Origin: Flaccisagitta enflata
Lineage: Eukaryota
DNA: 64,000 nt
Reading direction: 5' to 3'
Assembly: GCA_965153355.1 (NCBI GenBank)
Contig: OZ231126.1
Location: forward strand, 39,680,001-39,744,000
Position numbers and translations under genes: made by a program. Positions within the stretch are counted from its first letter, which is position 1, and each line of letters begins with the position of its first letter. The notes below the pieces were generated by a model. That model was not told where the DNA came from. It was given only the letters and a program-made list of their open reading frames with translations, and did not search any database. Of the stretch, positions 1 to 18,807 are shown piece by piece.

Positions 1-258
1 TGTGGAACATGGAGCAAATGTTTGCTCCCAAGGCAAAACCTTCCCTCTCCAGTAAACTTTGGATGGATTGAGGTCAATGATCCCACTGTGAAATGGGAGC
101 CTCTGTGGATGACAAAAAGTCAGGCAATCAAGGAAATGAGAGAGTTTGTCAAGTGCGGTTGCAAACAGCCATGTACCAGATGCAAGTGCAAAGATGCACA
201 GCTCATTTGCACACTCCTCTGCGGATGTAACTGTGATAAGAAGGATTCCTATGAGTGA
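1..258 (+). CDS. C-terminal fragment of an Academ(X)-like transposase (Cys-rich 'Cys8'/Tesmin-TSO1-like CXC tail); 5' part lies outside the window
   Basis: Frame is open from base 1 (CGTWSKCLLPRQNLPSPVNFGW...WEPLW...KCGCKQPCTRCKCKDAQLICTLLCGCNC*). The LPSPxxxGW...WxPxW...KCGCKxxCxxCxC...LxCTxLCxC pattern matches my recollection of the C-terminus of Academ XPG/Cys8 proteins. Confidence 0.7.
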   Translation, partial: CGTWSKCLLPRQNLPSPVNFGWIEVNDPTVKWEPLWMTKSQAIKEMREFVKCGCKQPCTRCKCKDAQLICTLLCGCNCDKKDSYE

Positions 259-3200
259 ATTGTCGTTATGGTGATTGAATGTTTCTTTGTCAAGAAAAAG
301 ACACTCCTGACACTCAGTATTCACGTATAGCTGTGGCCATGAATTTATATGACCTTGCAGTAGAATTCTATATAATAACAGGTTTCTCTGTTGGTTTGCA
401 CTATTCACAATTAAAATCTTAAGGTTAAAGTTGAGTAATTGAGCTTGAGGCATAGTGACAATTTTGGGATTTCTATTTTTACCATCATTTCAAAATCATT
501 ATCTAAAATAGTATAATCATTATCCAATTTTTCAGTACAGGTCTTGAAGATTAAACTGTAGTTTTACAATTGTTGTCTTAGTCATATTTTTGATACATAG
601 TGAAAAATGAAAAAAAATCTAAAAAATGCTAAACTTGCTAGAAATTCTAAAAAATAGTATGGATGGACCAACCAACCAAACAACCAACCAATGGACTAAC
701 AGACCAAGGTGTAGACTCGTGTGCATGCGACTAAAAACAATGCAACACTGAAGATGATTAGATTTTTAGGTTTCCAAAATACACAATACTGAGTCTATTT
801 TCTGAAGCTATGAACACAGTCTTATGATTTCATCCTTATTTTTTTTATTTGGTGTTTAAATTTTATAATGCTTGTTTTTGTCCCCTAGTAGTCATCATGT
901 TTTTTATGTTTAAAATGTTTGATGTGTTAATGTTTAATGTCTTTATATTTAGATAAGTCAATGTTTGATATTTACTTACTTTGTTATTTTGATGCTTTGA
1001 AATTCTATTATGTTTACTATTTTAATGTTCTGATAATTAGATTCTAATTATCTATTGTGTTGATGTTTTAATGTTTATTTGTTTTCATATTGTGTCAACC
1101 AAGTGTAATCACTTTTTTGTGTTTGGTCAATTAGTTTCATTGATTCTTATTGTTAAATATCACTAATTTTCCTGACTTTTCCCATACCCATTTGTCCCAG
1201 ACATTTGCTTCTGCTTTTCTTTTTTTTTTGTTTTTATCTCATCTTTTTAAGTTGCTTGCTACGCAACTCTATACCCCACTTTGTCCATCAGTTGGTTGGT
1301 TGGTCGGTTGGGGCTTTGGGGCTTTTTAACTCATTGCCCCTTTTAAATACCTGAGTGACTTTCTCCACTGCCCCTGCCCACCCACATGCAAATGGGGTAG
1401 CCGTGTATCTGGTCTTGTTTATCAACAAAGCAGCACATCTTCCTAAGATAAAGAAAACTAACAATGGGGTATTTATAAACCATGAAAATTTTTCTGCAAA
1501 TAATGATACAATTGTCCTTTTATCACCCAGCTTAGAAACTAAGAAGGAACAAAGAACAGAAAACAAAGACAAAAGAACAAAGAATGAAGAACAATTAGAA
1601 AAGAACAAAGATCAAAGAACAATGATCAAGGATCAAAGAACAAAGAACAAAGATCAAAGAACCAAGAACCAAGAACCAAGAACCAAAAACCAAAAACCAA
1701 AAACCAAAAACCAAAAACCAAAAACCAAGAACAAAGAACAAAGAACAAAGAACAAAGATTTTCTTCATGATACTGTCTCACAAATACAAATACAATTTTG
1801 TGTTTTTGTGTCAAATACATGTTTCCTCATTGCTTACGTTGGGTAGACAGAATGACATTTGAAAAATTTCCAAAGTTAGAGAAAATCTCATACCAATTTA
1901 AAGTTGTATTCCAAGAAAACAACAAATTTCAGCAGTGGAAAATCTTATATAGTTAAAGATTGTTTACTTTACCAGTTTTTTCTCGTATTAAGAAGTCTCT
2001 ATAGGTTGAGAACAACTGGTTTGGGTCTGGCGGTTGAAATTTTCCCAAAATATGATCAATGGTACCCAGTGTTCCTAGGTTAGTGTATGTGAAGATAAGA
2101 TGAAAAAAATATATGCCCTAATTTAGTGTCTCTGGTCTCATTTTTGGAGATTTTTTTTTCATTAAAATCATAGTAAGAATTTTAGCTAGAGACCGAAATT
2201 ATGCATGGATATTTTCCCATAACTTGAGAATTGTACGTAAAATTTCAGGAGGATAGCTAGAGATTTGAGCTATTCAGGGCTGATACTGGAAAATTGAACT
2301 GCAGGCTGAAATTTCCCAGGAAACTTTTCCCATCGCTAATGACTTTGTGTGCAAGTTTTACCCATGTAGCCTCAATAATAAGCTCTTTAAAGCCCCTCCC
2401 CCAAAAAAAAAGAACGCTAAAAATTTTTTTTCTAGGGCTATTTTTGAGATTTTTTGGTAAAAAAGTCACACTCACAGTTTCATGGCAGGAAATTTTGCAT
2501 ATAAATTTTTTTTTACACTTGGGTACTTGCATGCAAAATCTTAGGTGCTTAATCCAGAAATTGAGTGATTTGCAGCCTAAAAAAGCCATAATTTTGTATT
2601 CTTAAGCCATTTTACAGATTTTTTTTGTAAAAAACACACTAGAATATGAGCACTAGGTTGATATTTGGCATGGATAATTTACTGGTAGACTTACAGATAT
2701 GATTTCATCCGTGTAGCCTCAATGATAAGCTTTTTAAAGCCAAAAAATGCTAAAAATTTACCTTTTTAGGGCTATTTTTGAGATTTTTTGGCAAAAAGGT
2801 CTCACTTAGTATCCTGAAAGGAAGTTGAAATTTTGCTTGTATATTTTTTTTACACTAGGGTATTTGCATGCAAAATTTTAGGCAGTTTGTCTAAAAATTG
2901 AGTGATTTACGGCTTACAGAAGCCATAATTTTGTTGGAAAAAAGTCGAATTACGTAATTCGACTTTTTGAAACGTAGGGGAGAAATAAAATTTTCCATTT
3001 TCGGTTTGGGGCAATTTTAGAAAGTTGGGCCATTTTGGGGCTGGGATGATACTTTTTTTGATATTCTCAGCTAAGAAAGAGCTTATTTTTCTCTTTCAAA
3101 TGGCGCCAACCAGAAGTCTCTACGATCAATATTTTAGAAGTTATGAATTTTTGAATCTTTTTTTATTTTTTCGCATTTTCGCGAAAATCGATATTTTTCA

Positions 3201-3301
3201 TTGATCCCATTTTTTTGGTCTTATGTAACAATAGGGAAGAGTAAACATGTTACGCAAATTGACCCTGACTTTTATGACGCTAGCATTGATATTTTATTCT
3301 G

Positions 3302-3640
<339 letters not shown>

Positions 3641-3676
3641 CACACACACAAACTCAGACAAAGAAGATTGAAAGGA

Positions 3677-3880
3677 AACAAGGCCGGATACACGGCTACC
3701 CCAGTCGCGTGCGGGTGGGCAGGGGCCGTAATTGAGGTCACTTCATCATTTGGGCAGGTGCAGTGAGGCCAGAGACCGCAAAAACCCAAAAAAAGTAAAG
3801 TGTGACGGACGGACGGATGGACCGACGGTCTGACGGACCGACAAAGCGGGGTGTAGAGTCGCGTAGCACGCGACTAAAAA
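3677..3880 (-). mobile_element. Helentron/DINE-1-like non-autonomous element (HINE family 1), representative copy; other copies at ~1243-1420, 8822-9030, 11504-11731, 11970-12145, 33551-33717, 34763-34921, 35115-35410, 35926-36252, 43656-43875, 44269-44492, 57868-58058, 59195-59397, 62753-62920
   Basis: Conserved architecture: 5' TTTTTAGT(C/T)GCG...CGC(G/A)ACT palindrome/subTIR, (GTCC/GTCG)n microsatellite, 3' subTIR plus hairpin GCCGTGTATCCGGC, ending CTTGTT. Inserts in T-runs without a TSD. This is the established DINE-1/HINE layout. Confidence 0.75.
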
Positions 3881-6701
3881 CGCACAGATTGAATAACAAA
3901 ACCAGACAATCAACCAGACATCATGAAATGCACACACAGAAGAACAAGCATTGAAAAAAGAGACTTCCATTTACGACTTTTTTCCGGTCGGCGATTTAGC
4001 CGCCTTTATTGGTATTTTTAAGCCATTTTATTGAATTTTTGGTAAAAAAAAAACACTTAGAATTTGAGCACTAGGTCAATATTTGGCATGGGTAATTTCC
4101 TATTACTGGTAGACTTACAGACAAAATTTCAGGGGTGTAGCCCAAAAATTGAATGTTTTACGGCCAAAAACTGTTTTAAATCAAACTTTTAAGGGCTATT
4201 TTTGAGATTTTTTGGCAAAAAAATCACATTTAGAATCCTAGCAGGAAGTTGAAATTATGCATGCATATTTTTTTTTACACTTGGGTACTTGCATGCAAAA
4301 TTTTAGACGCTCAGTCCAGAAATTGAGTGATTTATGGCCTAAAAAAGCCATAAATTTGTATTTTTAAGCTATTATATGGAATTTTTTGTAAAAAAAACAC
4401 ACCTAGAATTTGAGCACTAGGTTGATATTTGGCATGGGTAATTTCCCATTACTGGTAGACTTACAGACAAAATTTCAGGCATGTAGCCCAAAAATTGAGT
4501 GTTTTACGGCCAAAAAACGCTTTAAATTTGCATTTTTTTGCTCTTTTTGAGGAAAATATAGCTTAAAATTTGTATTCAAAATTTGATTTGGAGGCTGAAA
4601 TTTGGCATGGAGACTCTCTTAGTAGTTGAGAACTAGTGTGCAAAATTTTGTGCAGGTGGGTTAAGGCGTTTGGCCATAGCGGTACAAAATGTACCCAGGT
4701 ACCCAAAAACGAAGAATTTTTTGACCTATTTTTCAAGATTTTTAAGGTATTTTTCATGTCTTTCAGTTGGAGGAGTGCCATAAAATTTGACATACAAGTA
4801 AATATGTGTATGTTGATTTGTTCCCAATAGTGTTTGGATTTTTTTGAAATTTTTTCCAAGAAATAGCCATGTTTTATGATTTTTGCAAATTTTTGAAAAA
4901 TGATTTTTTAAACTTTTGCCCATTTCACCCAAATTGATTGAGAACTTGGTCAACTTTTTTTTTCCTCTTATGGGCAATCCTAAAGGGAGTCCCTGTGCAA
5001 AATTTCAGACATGTGACACAAAATTTGAGCGTTTTATGGCTAAAAAACCAAAATTTTGCCATTTTGGACCTTTTTTCTGGATTTTCAAGCCAAAAAATCA
5101 ATTTTGTTATTTGATTCAAAAGCTGAAATTTGGCACAGATATGCCCCTAACACATTGGGACTTGCATGCAAAATTTTAGGCAAATCGCTCAAAGCGTTTG
5201 GCCGTAGCGTTACCAAATGTCCCTGGGGGTCCAAAAATGCAAAATTTTGGGTCGCATTTTTTAAATATTTGAAATTAAATTTTGTCTTTTTGGGTTAATG
5301 TACCCCTCTGAAAGTTTGTGAATAAGTTGGTACACTTTATGACAATAGATTCCCTGAGTGGGCGCCAATGATTTCAATATTTTCCTTGCACTAGCCCTTT
5401 TTGAAAATCAGGCCAAAATTTTGAGACCTAATTTTGTGGTTTTTTTGCCATAAAATGGAAAAAACTTGGGATTTTTTCATTTTTTTTTTGTTTTTAGAGT
5501 AAATTAGGGTAATATATGCACGTGAAACCAATTTCAGACTTCCAGCTCAAAAAACACAATTTTACCCCAAAATTGAAATATAGCCCTTTTTTTGAAAATA
5601 GGCCTAAACTTTAAACGGCAATATCTTCGCTTCTACTGAACCGATTTTGCTGAAATTTTGCATGCAAGTAGAAAAAAGGCATATTTTTCTTCACGTAAAT
5701 TTTTATGGTCATCTGTCAACTGGTTTGGCGTCAGCGCCATTTCAAAGTGTTTTTTGGACAAAAAAACGCTTTTGAACGGGGTACACTTAAAAATCAGACG
5801 TGTACCCCGTCTAGTCTTGTTCGGCACGAAAAACTGACCCCGTATGCAAATTTTCACGCTTTGCCCCAAAAACGCCGAGTTCTTTTCCTTAAATCCTAGA
5901 CTATTAACGTCTTTATCAATTAGAGAAATGGAAGGTATGAAAGTATTCTTGACTTTTTGTGTCAAATGATGATGGTATTAGTGAGGTTGATTTTTATCTT
6001 TTTAGTGGTACACCCCAATGATAGTGGTGGTGGTCAGGTTGATGATGACGAGGTCGTTACGATTTTCTCTTGACAAAGATCTTTGCTCTTCATAAATAAA
6101 AAGATATTGTTTATTGAGACTAGTAAAAAGACTTGAGACACATCCGGCTTTTACGACGAAAGTTTATATTTGTCATTGCCTCGGGATGGCATGGCACGGC
6201 ACGGCATGCACTGCCAGAGCATGCCGTGGCGTAGCGTGGTAAAGCAAAAAATGGCTTGGCACTGCATGGTGTGGTATGGAGTGTCGTGATGACAAATAAC
6301 GTTGCGCAACGTTGCGTTTCGCCACTGCATGCAAATTGATTTGGTGCAACGTGACACTGAATGACATGCATGGCGCAACTTATTGAAGGATGGTGTTACT
6401 TTATTAGTTTACTAGCCTATACCCCATTCGATTGTTTGTGAGTGCATGCATAGTTTTGTCCTCCCTCAGACGCGAAACTTCGATATATTGAAAGAATGGC
6501 TAAAAAAAAAAAAGAAAAGAAAAAAAAATCGTTTGTTACTCTCTAAGGAAGGAGAATATTTCAGTTACCTTTAAAATGTTGACGTCCATATTTTCCTTCT
6601 CCTATTTTTTTAAGCCGGCCTAATGCATGAGTGATAAGCCGGCCTAATGCATGAGTGATAAGGCCCGCTATGCAAATACAGTAAATGATGGGAAAGAGAC
6701 G

Positions 6702-6843
<142 letters not shown>

Positions 6844-7162
6844 GTGCGTGTGTACGTTAATGTGTGAGTGTACTATAATTGATTTTAACCTTTGAACTTA
6901 TCGTTAGCGTGTTAAAAGAAATGATTGGAAGGAGACTTTGATTGATTTTAATTTTTACCTCCCACAAGAAAGAATTCAGATGTGGCAATTTTTTTTAACT
7001 GCAGGCACGATCCCTATCCGTAATGCCAATGACCCAACCCAATTTAGTGCCTGTCATTATCCTCATTAGGGTCACCAAGCCAAACTTCGTTGATGCGTAC
7101 TCATTCTAACTGAGATTTACAAGTTGTCAACTTGTTTTGCATCGCAGCTTCTCAGACTCGGG

Positions 7163-7256
<94 letters not shown>

Positions 7257-8768
7257 TAAACGACTTGCACAGAAACACGGACGCAGACAAACAGACAGAC
7301 AGACACGCACTCAAGAAAAAACAAGGCCGGATACACGGCAATCCAGTCGCGACTAAAAATACACACTCATACAGTAAAGTTTACTGTAAAGCTAAAAAAT
7401 ATCGGCAGGCGGAAGGACACTAACACAGACAGTAAAAGGAGCGACGGGCAAACAGACAGACGGTCCGGGATAGGCAAAAATGCTGTTTGCTATACAATAC
7501 ACACACGAAAACAGACGCTGGCAAAAAAAAAAAAAAAAAGGAAAAAAATTAAAAGAAAAAGGGCGATGGACCAGACAAAAGATGATAGAATTTCAGACGA
7601 GTACAAATCAACATTTTTTTAAAGAACAAAAAAGGAGTTTTTGTTTTTATTGCTTAATCTGGAATGCTGAAAGTAGGCCAGTAAGGTTGACGCGGCGAGT
7701 AAATAATTGTGAGATTGTGTCTTTAGGTGCACCAACGCACCTCTATAACCGTTCGTGTCCATAGGTTGGTCAGTCCGTCGGTCACACAAAACTTTGACAA
7801 TCCGCCTGGCGCACCTAGTTCGCCTTTTTAACATGAGAAAGCTGGGCAGCGATACCGAAGGGAACGAAGTCATGTACAACAAAGGAATAATTTAGTTAGT
7901 CCCTTTAAGGGTGGGGGGGCTGATAAGGCGCTGTAGAGGGCGGAGGGGCCTGATGGGCTCATTGTAAGCCTGCAGAGGCTGATAGGTGGAATTGGAAAGA
8001 CGGACGGACGGATGAACAGACCACGCTGCTAATGGATAGGTGAAATTGATGTGCCTCGCAGGCGCCAAAACTAAGGGCCGGGAAGACGATATGTTGAATA
8101 ATAAAATTTCCCTGCCTTAAAATGGCTCTAGATAGAATTGATGTTATTGAAAAGGGGCAAAAAAATGAAGATAAGCACGACATTCCACGCTTTCCTAATC
8201 GATTTTCATTAGTTCAAATTAACTTATACGTAAGCCAATACCATTATTAGAGTGAAAAAAAAAAATTGGCTCGTGAATAATTTGAGAATTGCTCTACTCA
8301 GGCGTAAGTACTTTTAAAAGATTGTTTTGGAATTATATTCCTAAATTAACGAACAAAAAAGAAAGAAAGAGATGAACGAAAGACTGTGCCGTGTCGAGTG
8401 AGTCGTCAAACGTTTATAAGTTACCAACCGACCGACGAACTGACGGAAGGACACAAACTGATATAGAGGTGCGTTGGCGCTCTTGATAAAGTAGAGAGAA
8501 TGAAAACTTTGAGGCACGACTTTAGAAAGGTTGTAAAGTCATAATCGATTTTTCTAGACGAAACTCTACAAGATGCATTGATGGTCAGCCCGTCTGTCCG
8601 TTGGTCGATCTGTCGCCCAATTGTATGTAAAGCATTTTTGTTTTCATTTCAAATCTGTCATAATTACTTTTTTCATTTTTCAAAGAGTTAGGACGCACGC
8701 GACGTTGTTGTCACGAGCTAGGCAATTTCCATGGGCATTTTTTCCTGACTGACTGACTGACTGACTGA

Positions 8769-8815
<47 letters not shown>

Positions 8816-9733
8816 GATTATAAACAAGGCCGGATACAAGGCAAGACAGTCGCACACGGTTGGGAAAGGGCCGTCATGCGAAAACCGATTCCAATTAAAA
8901 AAATATAGGGATGGACGGACGGACGGACGGACGGACGGACGGACGGACGGACGGACGGACGGACGGACGGACGGACGGACGGACGGACGGACCGACACGG
9001 CAAGTTGTAGAGTCGCGTGTCCGCGACTAACAATCATTGAGCCGCTAGGTGGCCTCCGCTTCCTTCGCCTCGCTCGCTGCTAGGCAAATGATATATGTGA
9101 TATTCTGGTTTTAACTGATCACGAGATATTTTTTCACCTAAGATGTAATATGGTTCATTCATAGTAAAAAAAGTCACAAGCCTTGTTAAGTGGTCATGAG
9201 AGAAATGAAAGAAAAATCAATCTAAAAAAATCAATTAAATTCAAACAAGCATTTTTAATACTTCTACTGTTTTGGTTATGGTGGAAAAATAAAAGACGCT
9301 GCTCGGGTATCCGTAATGGAGGAAAATCAATGACACTGCTTTGGTAATGGTGGAAAATTAAATATCATCCCTTTGGTAATGGTGGGAAAAAATGACGCTG
9401 CTTTGATAATGGTGTAAAAATGAATGATGCTGCTTGGGTAACGGGTAAAGATAATAAACGCTTTGCTGTACTGAAAATAAGAAAGAAGCAAAAAGAAAAA
9501 ATACGAAGCTACGAAAACTTTCTAAAAGTATGACAAAGCTCGTCCGTCGGTCGGTTCATCATGCATTAGCTACTAGACATTTAAGACAATCCCCTCAGCG
9601 TTAGTTTTACTTTCAACATTCCCAATTAAATGAATTTCTGAGAGACACAAGTCGCAACTGATTCATGAATCGCGTCGTGATCCTCAGCATGCACGGCGTT
9701 CACTTGGGCTTCTTTCTATACTACAGGCCTTCT

Positions 9734-11472
<1,739 letters not shown>

Positions 11473-12208
11473 CTGTACGTAAAAATAAATGAATGACGCA
11501 TTTAAACAAGTGACGCGGGGTCACAATATTGTTGCGGACGGGTGGGCAGGGGCAGCCAACCCCCATCCACACCCAGTGCCCCACCCAACCCCCTTCCAAC
11601 ACAGACACACACACAAAAAGCTTCTAAAATGTTTATTTTCCCACTTTCCGACTTGTGCTCATCAACGGTCCGACGGACCGACGGACCAACGGACAAAGCC
11701 TCTTATAGAGTTGCGTGTCCGCAACTAAAAACGAAAAAAAAATGCTAGTTTTGGATGAACTGACGAACCGATACAATGCCTTTCTCCACTAGACCAAATG
11801 CTAAACAACAAGTGACGCGGGGTTTACATTGTAAACTTTACAATATCATCGCGGACGGGTGGGCAGAGGCATACAACCCCCCGACGGACAAAGCCACTTA
11901 TAGAGTTGCGCGCAAATGGGTGTCCGCGATTAAAAAATTGCAGAAATATTTCTGCTCGCTCTAAATGACAAAACAAGGCCGGATACACGGCCACCAGTTG
12001 CGGACAGGTGGGCAGGGGCGGAAATGCGCGTTTTCATACTTTTCGACTCGTGCTCACGGAACGACGGACGGACCGACAGACGGACCGACGGACGGAACGA
12101 CGGACGGACAAAGGCTCTAAAAGAGTTGCGTGTCCGCAACTAAAAAGTTGAAAACCGATGGAAACAAGGCAAGAGCACTTAAATGAAATGGTTGGCGTCA
12201 AACCAATA

Positions 12209-12560
12209 CCGTATTTTTTCTAATTAGCGCCCCGGGCGCTTTCGAAATTGGAAAAAGATATTGTCATTTTACCCTCCAATTAGCGCCCCCTTTTGATGTA
12301 TGAGCAAGCTCTTTTCCTTTGTTTTTTATAATGAATGCTATTTAGAATATCAGAAATGTGAAATCAAATGTATCAAAGTAATATTTTTTGCTTGTTTTCT
12401 AATCAAGCCCTGATAAAGGACACTGAAATAAGCAAAATCATTCCTCTTTCAATGATTATTTTAATTTGTTTACTTTTTCATCTTCTCTCAAAACATTGTT
12501 CTGGGGAGCAAAAAGGGGGGGGCGTTAATTGGAGGGGGGCGATAAATGGAAAAAATACGG
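12209..12560. mobile_element. pogo/Tigger-like MITE in the zinc-finger gene intron
   Basis: TA|CCGTATTTTTTC ... GAAAAAATACGG|TA: terminal inverted repeats with TA duplication. Confidence 0.75.
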
Positions 12561-12586
12561 TATGCACGAATACATTTACACCCACC

Positions 12587-12685
<99 letters not shown>

Positions 12686-12689
12686 CTAC

Positions 12690-13071
12690 CTTTTGTAACG
12701 AAGGTCTTGGTGCACATTCTGCATTTCTCCAAATGTCTGACAGCGTTGTGCCTTTCGCGCCGATGGTATTCATACCCGAGCTGAGACAGAAATTCTTTCT
12801 TACAGATGGCGCATCGCAGTTTCGATCTTTCTGCGCCCGCGTGTACTTTGGTCACATGGTACTCCTGACCCTTCCGCGTCGTCTGAGTTTTACCGCAGAT
12901 TTTGCATGAAAATAGTCGACGTCGTTTTGGCGCAATTTTATTTCGCTTCTTCGTTTGAACGTGGCTTGTTTCGGATTCTGCTAAGGCAACATTGTCTTGT
13001 AACGCAGTTTCGTTCGTCGTCTTGAAAGCTTCCACAAAAGTCGCTTCTGACTTGATCGCTGCCGGCTCCAT
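12690..13071 (-). CDS. C2H2 zinc-finger protein, first coding exon (fingers 1-2 and start of finger 3); spliced product ~706 aa
   Basis: ATG at 13071 with an upstream in-frame stop. Fingers CKICGKTQTTRKGQEYHVTKVH and CAICKKEFLSQLGYEYHRRERH. Donor AAAG|GTAGAG at 12690/12689; the phase-1 join rebuilds CRMCTKTFVTKGGLEYHEKNVH. Additional upstream exons cannot be excluded. Confidence 0.85.
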
Positions 13072-13445
13072 CGCTTCCGCTTCGTATCGTTCGTTTTATA
13101 TCACCAGTAATTGATTTTTGCCAACCGGACAATGAAAGAAGTGCAACTAATTAAGAGATGAGAAAGGAAAGTAACGTCAACACGATTGTTGTATAAAATG
13201 AGATACACGAGCCGACAAAAAATGAGCTTTGTGAATAATACGGCCAATCTGAGAATATACCCAACACAGACAAGAGGGTCAGCCGGAGATCCGGGGATCG
13301 GCGATTGCTGATCGAGAATTGGCTTGTCTCCCACTACTGATATGAACCAAGTAACAGGTGACGCGACGGTCTGGTTCTCATCTTTAACGAAAAGAATTCC
13401 CACCACCTGACTTATCTATAAGAGAGAAAGAGAGAAAGAGAGAGA

Positions 13446-13477
<32 letters not shown>

Positions 13478-13570
13478 AAAGAGAGAGACAAGAGAGAGGG
13501 AGAGAGAGAGCATGATGATGATGACCACGACGATGACCACGACGATGACGACGACGACGATGACAATGAC

Positions 13571-13642
<72 letters not shown>

Positions 13643-14611
13643 TAGATGATGATTTTGACGAGAATTCAATATGTTAAATAATCTTATCGACATACGGATG
13701 GTCAAAGCCACTTTCACGCTTTTCATTTTATAAGAACATGGATTTATTAAGTGAGCCTCAACGTTCTTATTTTTAGCCTCTTTTTAAAGCTCAAGCATTC
13801 TTAACATGTTCTTATTTTCGAATAAGATAATTTCTTTATAATCAGTTGTATATATTATTACAATAGTATATTTTAAGCAATTGTTAAAAAAAATTATTTT
13901 GTTATGAAAAATAAGATTGATATTTGATGAATAGTAAATTATCAATATAAAAATTATCATCAAAATATCAATCATTAAGGGTTTTTCATCTAATTTTATT
14001 AGTTTTTTTGATAAATCATATTTTAATCTTCATATTTGAGGTTCAGCATGTTCATATAATGTTCCTATTTTTTGCAAATTTCGGGACTATAAGAGTAATG
14101 TGAACGCGATGCGCGCGCGGCAGCGCAGAGACCGCATTGAATTGCCCGATTGGGCTTGTCAAAGGCCACTGATCTTACTGGCTCGAGAGGATTTTTTTTC
14201 TGCTTGAGAAGATGGACATGAAGGCATTTACATAAAGTTCTGTTAAGAGAAAGAAGCAAAAGTTATTGTAACGATTCGCGAAACAATTAATGACAAAACA
14301 ACGGGATCTTAAAAGTTGTTTTTTTTTTCTGTAAAAAGAAGAGAAAGACATACAAGCAAATAATGTGAGAAACGATATTGCAAATGGCAGAAATGAAGTA
14401 TCAGTGCAGTAGGTTTTGTTTTTTTTAAAACTAAATTGACACATTATCACAAAAGACAGGGGGGAAAGTATAATTTATACTTGTGGACAGAATTTTCTGT
14501 CTTTTATTTGTCTCAGGTTCCTCTTTTGCTCGATCTCTACTTCCTACTGCGTTTTTCCATCTCCTACCTTACTTTCTTGCTCTTCTTCCTCATCCACCCT
14601 TCCCCTTCCCC

Positions 14612-18062
<3,451 letters not shown>

Positions 18063-18360
18063 GTGAGACAGTTTGTCAATTGTTTGTTTCACTTTTTCTT
18101 TATCTACTCATTCGTTTTCTTTCCTTTCTTCTTTTCTTTCCTTTCTTCTTTTCTTTCATTCTGTCTTTCTTTCTTCCTCATTATCTGTCTTTCTTTGTCT
18201 TTCTTTCTGTCTTTCTTTCCGTCTTTCCTCCTTTCTCTCTTTCCTTCTTTCCTTGTTTCCTTGTTTCCTTTCTTTCTTTCTTTTTCTCTTTCTTTCTTTC
18301 TTTCTTTCTTTTCTTTCTTTTCTTTCTTTTCTTTCTTTTCTTTCTTTTCTTTCTTTCTTT

Positions 18361-18395
<35 letters not shown>

Positions 18396-18807
18396 GTCTT
18401 TCTTTCTGTCTTTCATTCTTTTCTTTCTTTCTTTCTGTCTTTTTTTCTTCTTTTCTTTCTTCCTTCCTTCTTTTCTTTCTTCCTTCCTTCCTTCCTTTTT
18501 TTCTTTCTTCCTTCCTTTCTTTCTTTCTATATTCCTTTTTCTTGTTTATATATTTTTTTCTTTCTTTCTTTCATATTTGTCTCTCTCTCTCTCTCTCTCT
18601 CTCTCGCGCGCTTGAGCGCGGTTAAAGTTGTTTCTTCTACTTATTCTTTTTTTCACATTTTTGCAATGCTTGTATCACTATCCCTGGCTCATTTTTTATG
18701 AAGGGGGTAGTCGTTATTTACTCCCTCTTGTAAGCGTTGAAAGAATAGCACAATATTACATTCAATTTAAATCTCCTAAAAAAATATGAAATTTACTTTT
18801 CTCTCAG

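Noticed and set aside
9040-9450. TE-end-like CTTCGCCTCGCTCGC motif followed by ~40-bp degenerate repeats
   Set aside because: No partner terminus or TSD was found, so it cannot be classified.
14100-14165. CpG-rich patch with a CCAAT-like box as the zinc-finger gene promoter
   Set aside because: Its TTGCCCGATTGGGCTTGT resembles HINE 3' ends (e.g. 54661-54680), and there is no independent TSS evidence.
18063-18701. Phe/Leu/Ser-rich 'transmembrane' tails of the 1074-aa and 1165-aa ORFs and overlapping ORFs
   Set aside because: Read-through into a T/C microsatellite intron that cannot encode stops; the two copies end in different frames.
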